A stretch of DNA of 64,000 nucleotides, taken from assembly GCF_006345805.1 (NCBI RefSeq), contig NC_043025.1, positions 4,340,001-4,404,000 of the forward strand, written 5' to 3'. Position 1 is the stretch's first letter; every line of letters begins with the position of its first letter. The notes beneath the pieces were generated by a model. It had not been told where the DNA came from. It made no database searches and saw only the letters and a list, made by a program, of their open reading frames with translations. A program made the position numbers and the translations under genes. Positions 62,865-64,000 of this stretch are shown piece by piece. This DNA comes from Octopus sinensis (lineage: Eukaryota).

Positions 62865-63152
62865 GAAATGCATGCACACATGCATAAATACACATGCACC
62901 CAGACACATACAGCATACAAACATACATAAACACATGTATGCATGTATGTATATCCCTATACACACACACACACACAATGCTAACAACTATTCACCTGTT
63001 CATCCATACTATAAAGAAAAAAAATATGTTGAAATTTTACGCCATTTTTCTCTTCCTCCCCCGGTCCTCAGAACATCATGCGTCATTAGTGATGGTCATG
63101 ATGAGAAGGGACAGCGAGAGAGGGCAAGGACTAGAACAACAACAACAGGCCA

Positions 63153-63203
63153 AAGGTCGGGGGCAAGGGTCGGGGGCAAGGGTCGGGGGCAAGGGTCGGG
63201 GGA
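63153..63203 (+). repeat. Four 13-bp G-rich units (AAGGGTCGGGGGC), potential G-quadruplex
   Basis: Direct inspection; lies downstream of the minus-strand terminal exon. Confidence 0.6.
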
Positions 63204-63520
63204 CAGGTAGTTCTTGTTCGAGTCAAAGTAGGGGCAGCGGGGTGGTGGGGGGTGGGGGTGGGGGGAGAATTGTATGAGGAGAAAAGAAGTGAGAGATGGT
63301 TATCTTTGTTTACAGTTGCCAAGGAGACATTATAATTAATTATCATTATTATTTTAAGTATCATTATTATTATTATTATTATTATCATCATTATAATTAT
63401 TATTAATGCTCATTTTTTTTTTCAATGTCATCATCAGTATCGACATAGTTCGATGAAGTGTGGACAAGGAGCTCATCCTCCTCCTCATCATCCTCATCCT
63501 CCTCCTCCCACTCCCGCTCC

Positions 63521-63679
63521 TCAGTACTGTGGCCGAGTTTCATAAGTGGTCGTTGTGGTGGTGCTCTCCACGTTGGCCATGTCTGGAGAGGCAGCCGAGG
63601 GATGCCTGGCTCCCTTGTAGTCTCGGTACAGGTAGACGCACTCGTAGGCGGCGACAGCCAGTGTGGCAAACAGGAAGAA
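63521..63679 (-). CDS. Terminal coding exon of a membrane protein, probably MARVEL/CMTM-like; upstream exons lie beyond the window end
   Basis: Acceptor tttctttctcttttgcag|TTC; 52 codons plus TGA: FFLFATLAVAAYECVYLYRDYKGARHPSAASPDMANVESTTTTTTYETRPQY; a hydrophobic helix then a polar tail, GC-rich against an AT-rich background. The family call is tentative. Confidence 0.6.
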   Translation of the reverse strand, partial: FFLFATLAVAAYECVYLYRDYKGARHPSAASPDMANVESTTTTTTYETRPQY

Positions 63680-63789
63680 CTGCAAAAGAGAAAGAAATAG
63701 ATCATAGAATGAATGGATGAATGAAGAGACGGATGGATGGATGGACACACGGACACACACACATATGTATACATGGTGGTTGACTACTC

Positions 63790-64000
63790 CTTGTGCAGAG
63801 TTTGACCACCTCCTGTACCTACCAATATTCTGAAAAGACACCCACACAGATTGCACCTCTGATTTGGGCCACCAAGAGCTGCAGATAAGTTCTGCTCTTT
63901 TTGGATCTTAACATGTCTTTTGAGGCCTCCGTTGGATTTGCAAACCTTCTGGCATACACTGCATTCAAAGGCGTGCACAGACATACAGGCAGAATAGTTG
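63790..64000 (-). mobile_element. Probable LINE (RTE-type) C-terminal zinc-finger remnant
   Basis: FECSVCQKVCKSNGGLKRHVKI followed by a decayed CNLCG finger; no flanking splice signals; lies upstream of the minus-strand acceptor at 63680, i.e. in the intron. Confidence 0.45.

Noticed and set aside
63784-63984. C2H2-like ORF as a host zinc-finger gene
   Set aside because: It has one partial finger and one decayed finger, no TGEKP linker and no splice signals; a LINE C-terminal remnant fits better.

Overview
This is a eukaryotic, AT-rich, repeat-dense window, most consistent with an Octopus (coleoid cephalopod) genome, judged from the SINE/MITE repertoire and the (TA)n, (TATG)n and (TCTA)n expansions; the species call is inference. 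Three host genes are supported. (1) The last five coding exons of RSRC2 on the + strand (1405-15522), with GT-AG boundaries and a continuous frame from the RS-rich region to the C-terminal SMAP-like domain. (2) An intact, apparently single-coding-exon IL-17-like cystine-knot gene on the - strand (33136-33615), with a signal-peptide-like segment, a poly-His tract and paired loss of one knot disulfide. (3) The terminal coding exon of a probable MARVEL-type membrane protein on the - strand (63521-63679). Most of the rest is mobile DNA. It includes a near full-length but disabled Tx1/L1-clade retrotransposon (26355-32050), fragments of RTE, BovB-like, CR1, R4/Dong-like and a second Tx1 family, and several tRNA-type SINE families. 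It also holds piggyBac-like and Merlin-like MITEs, Helitrons, a mariner relic and a 1.9-kb foldback element. The best leads are the divergent IL-17-like gene, a SINE family sharing its 3' tail with the Tx1 LINE, Tx1 copies embedded in (TCTA)n, and transposon multimers whose junctions recur at independent loci. Most short ORFs in the track are microsatellite or repeat artefacts. All homology calls are from motif recognition, not database searches, and repeat boundaries are approximate unless TSDs are given.
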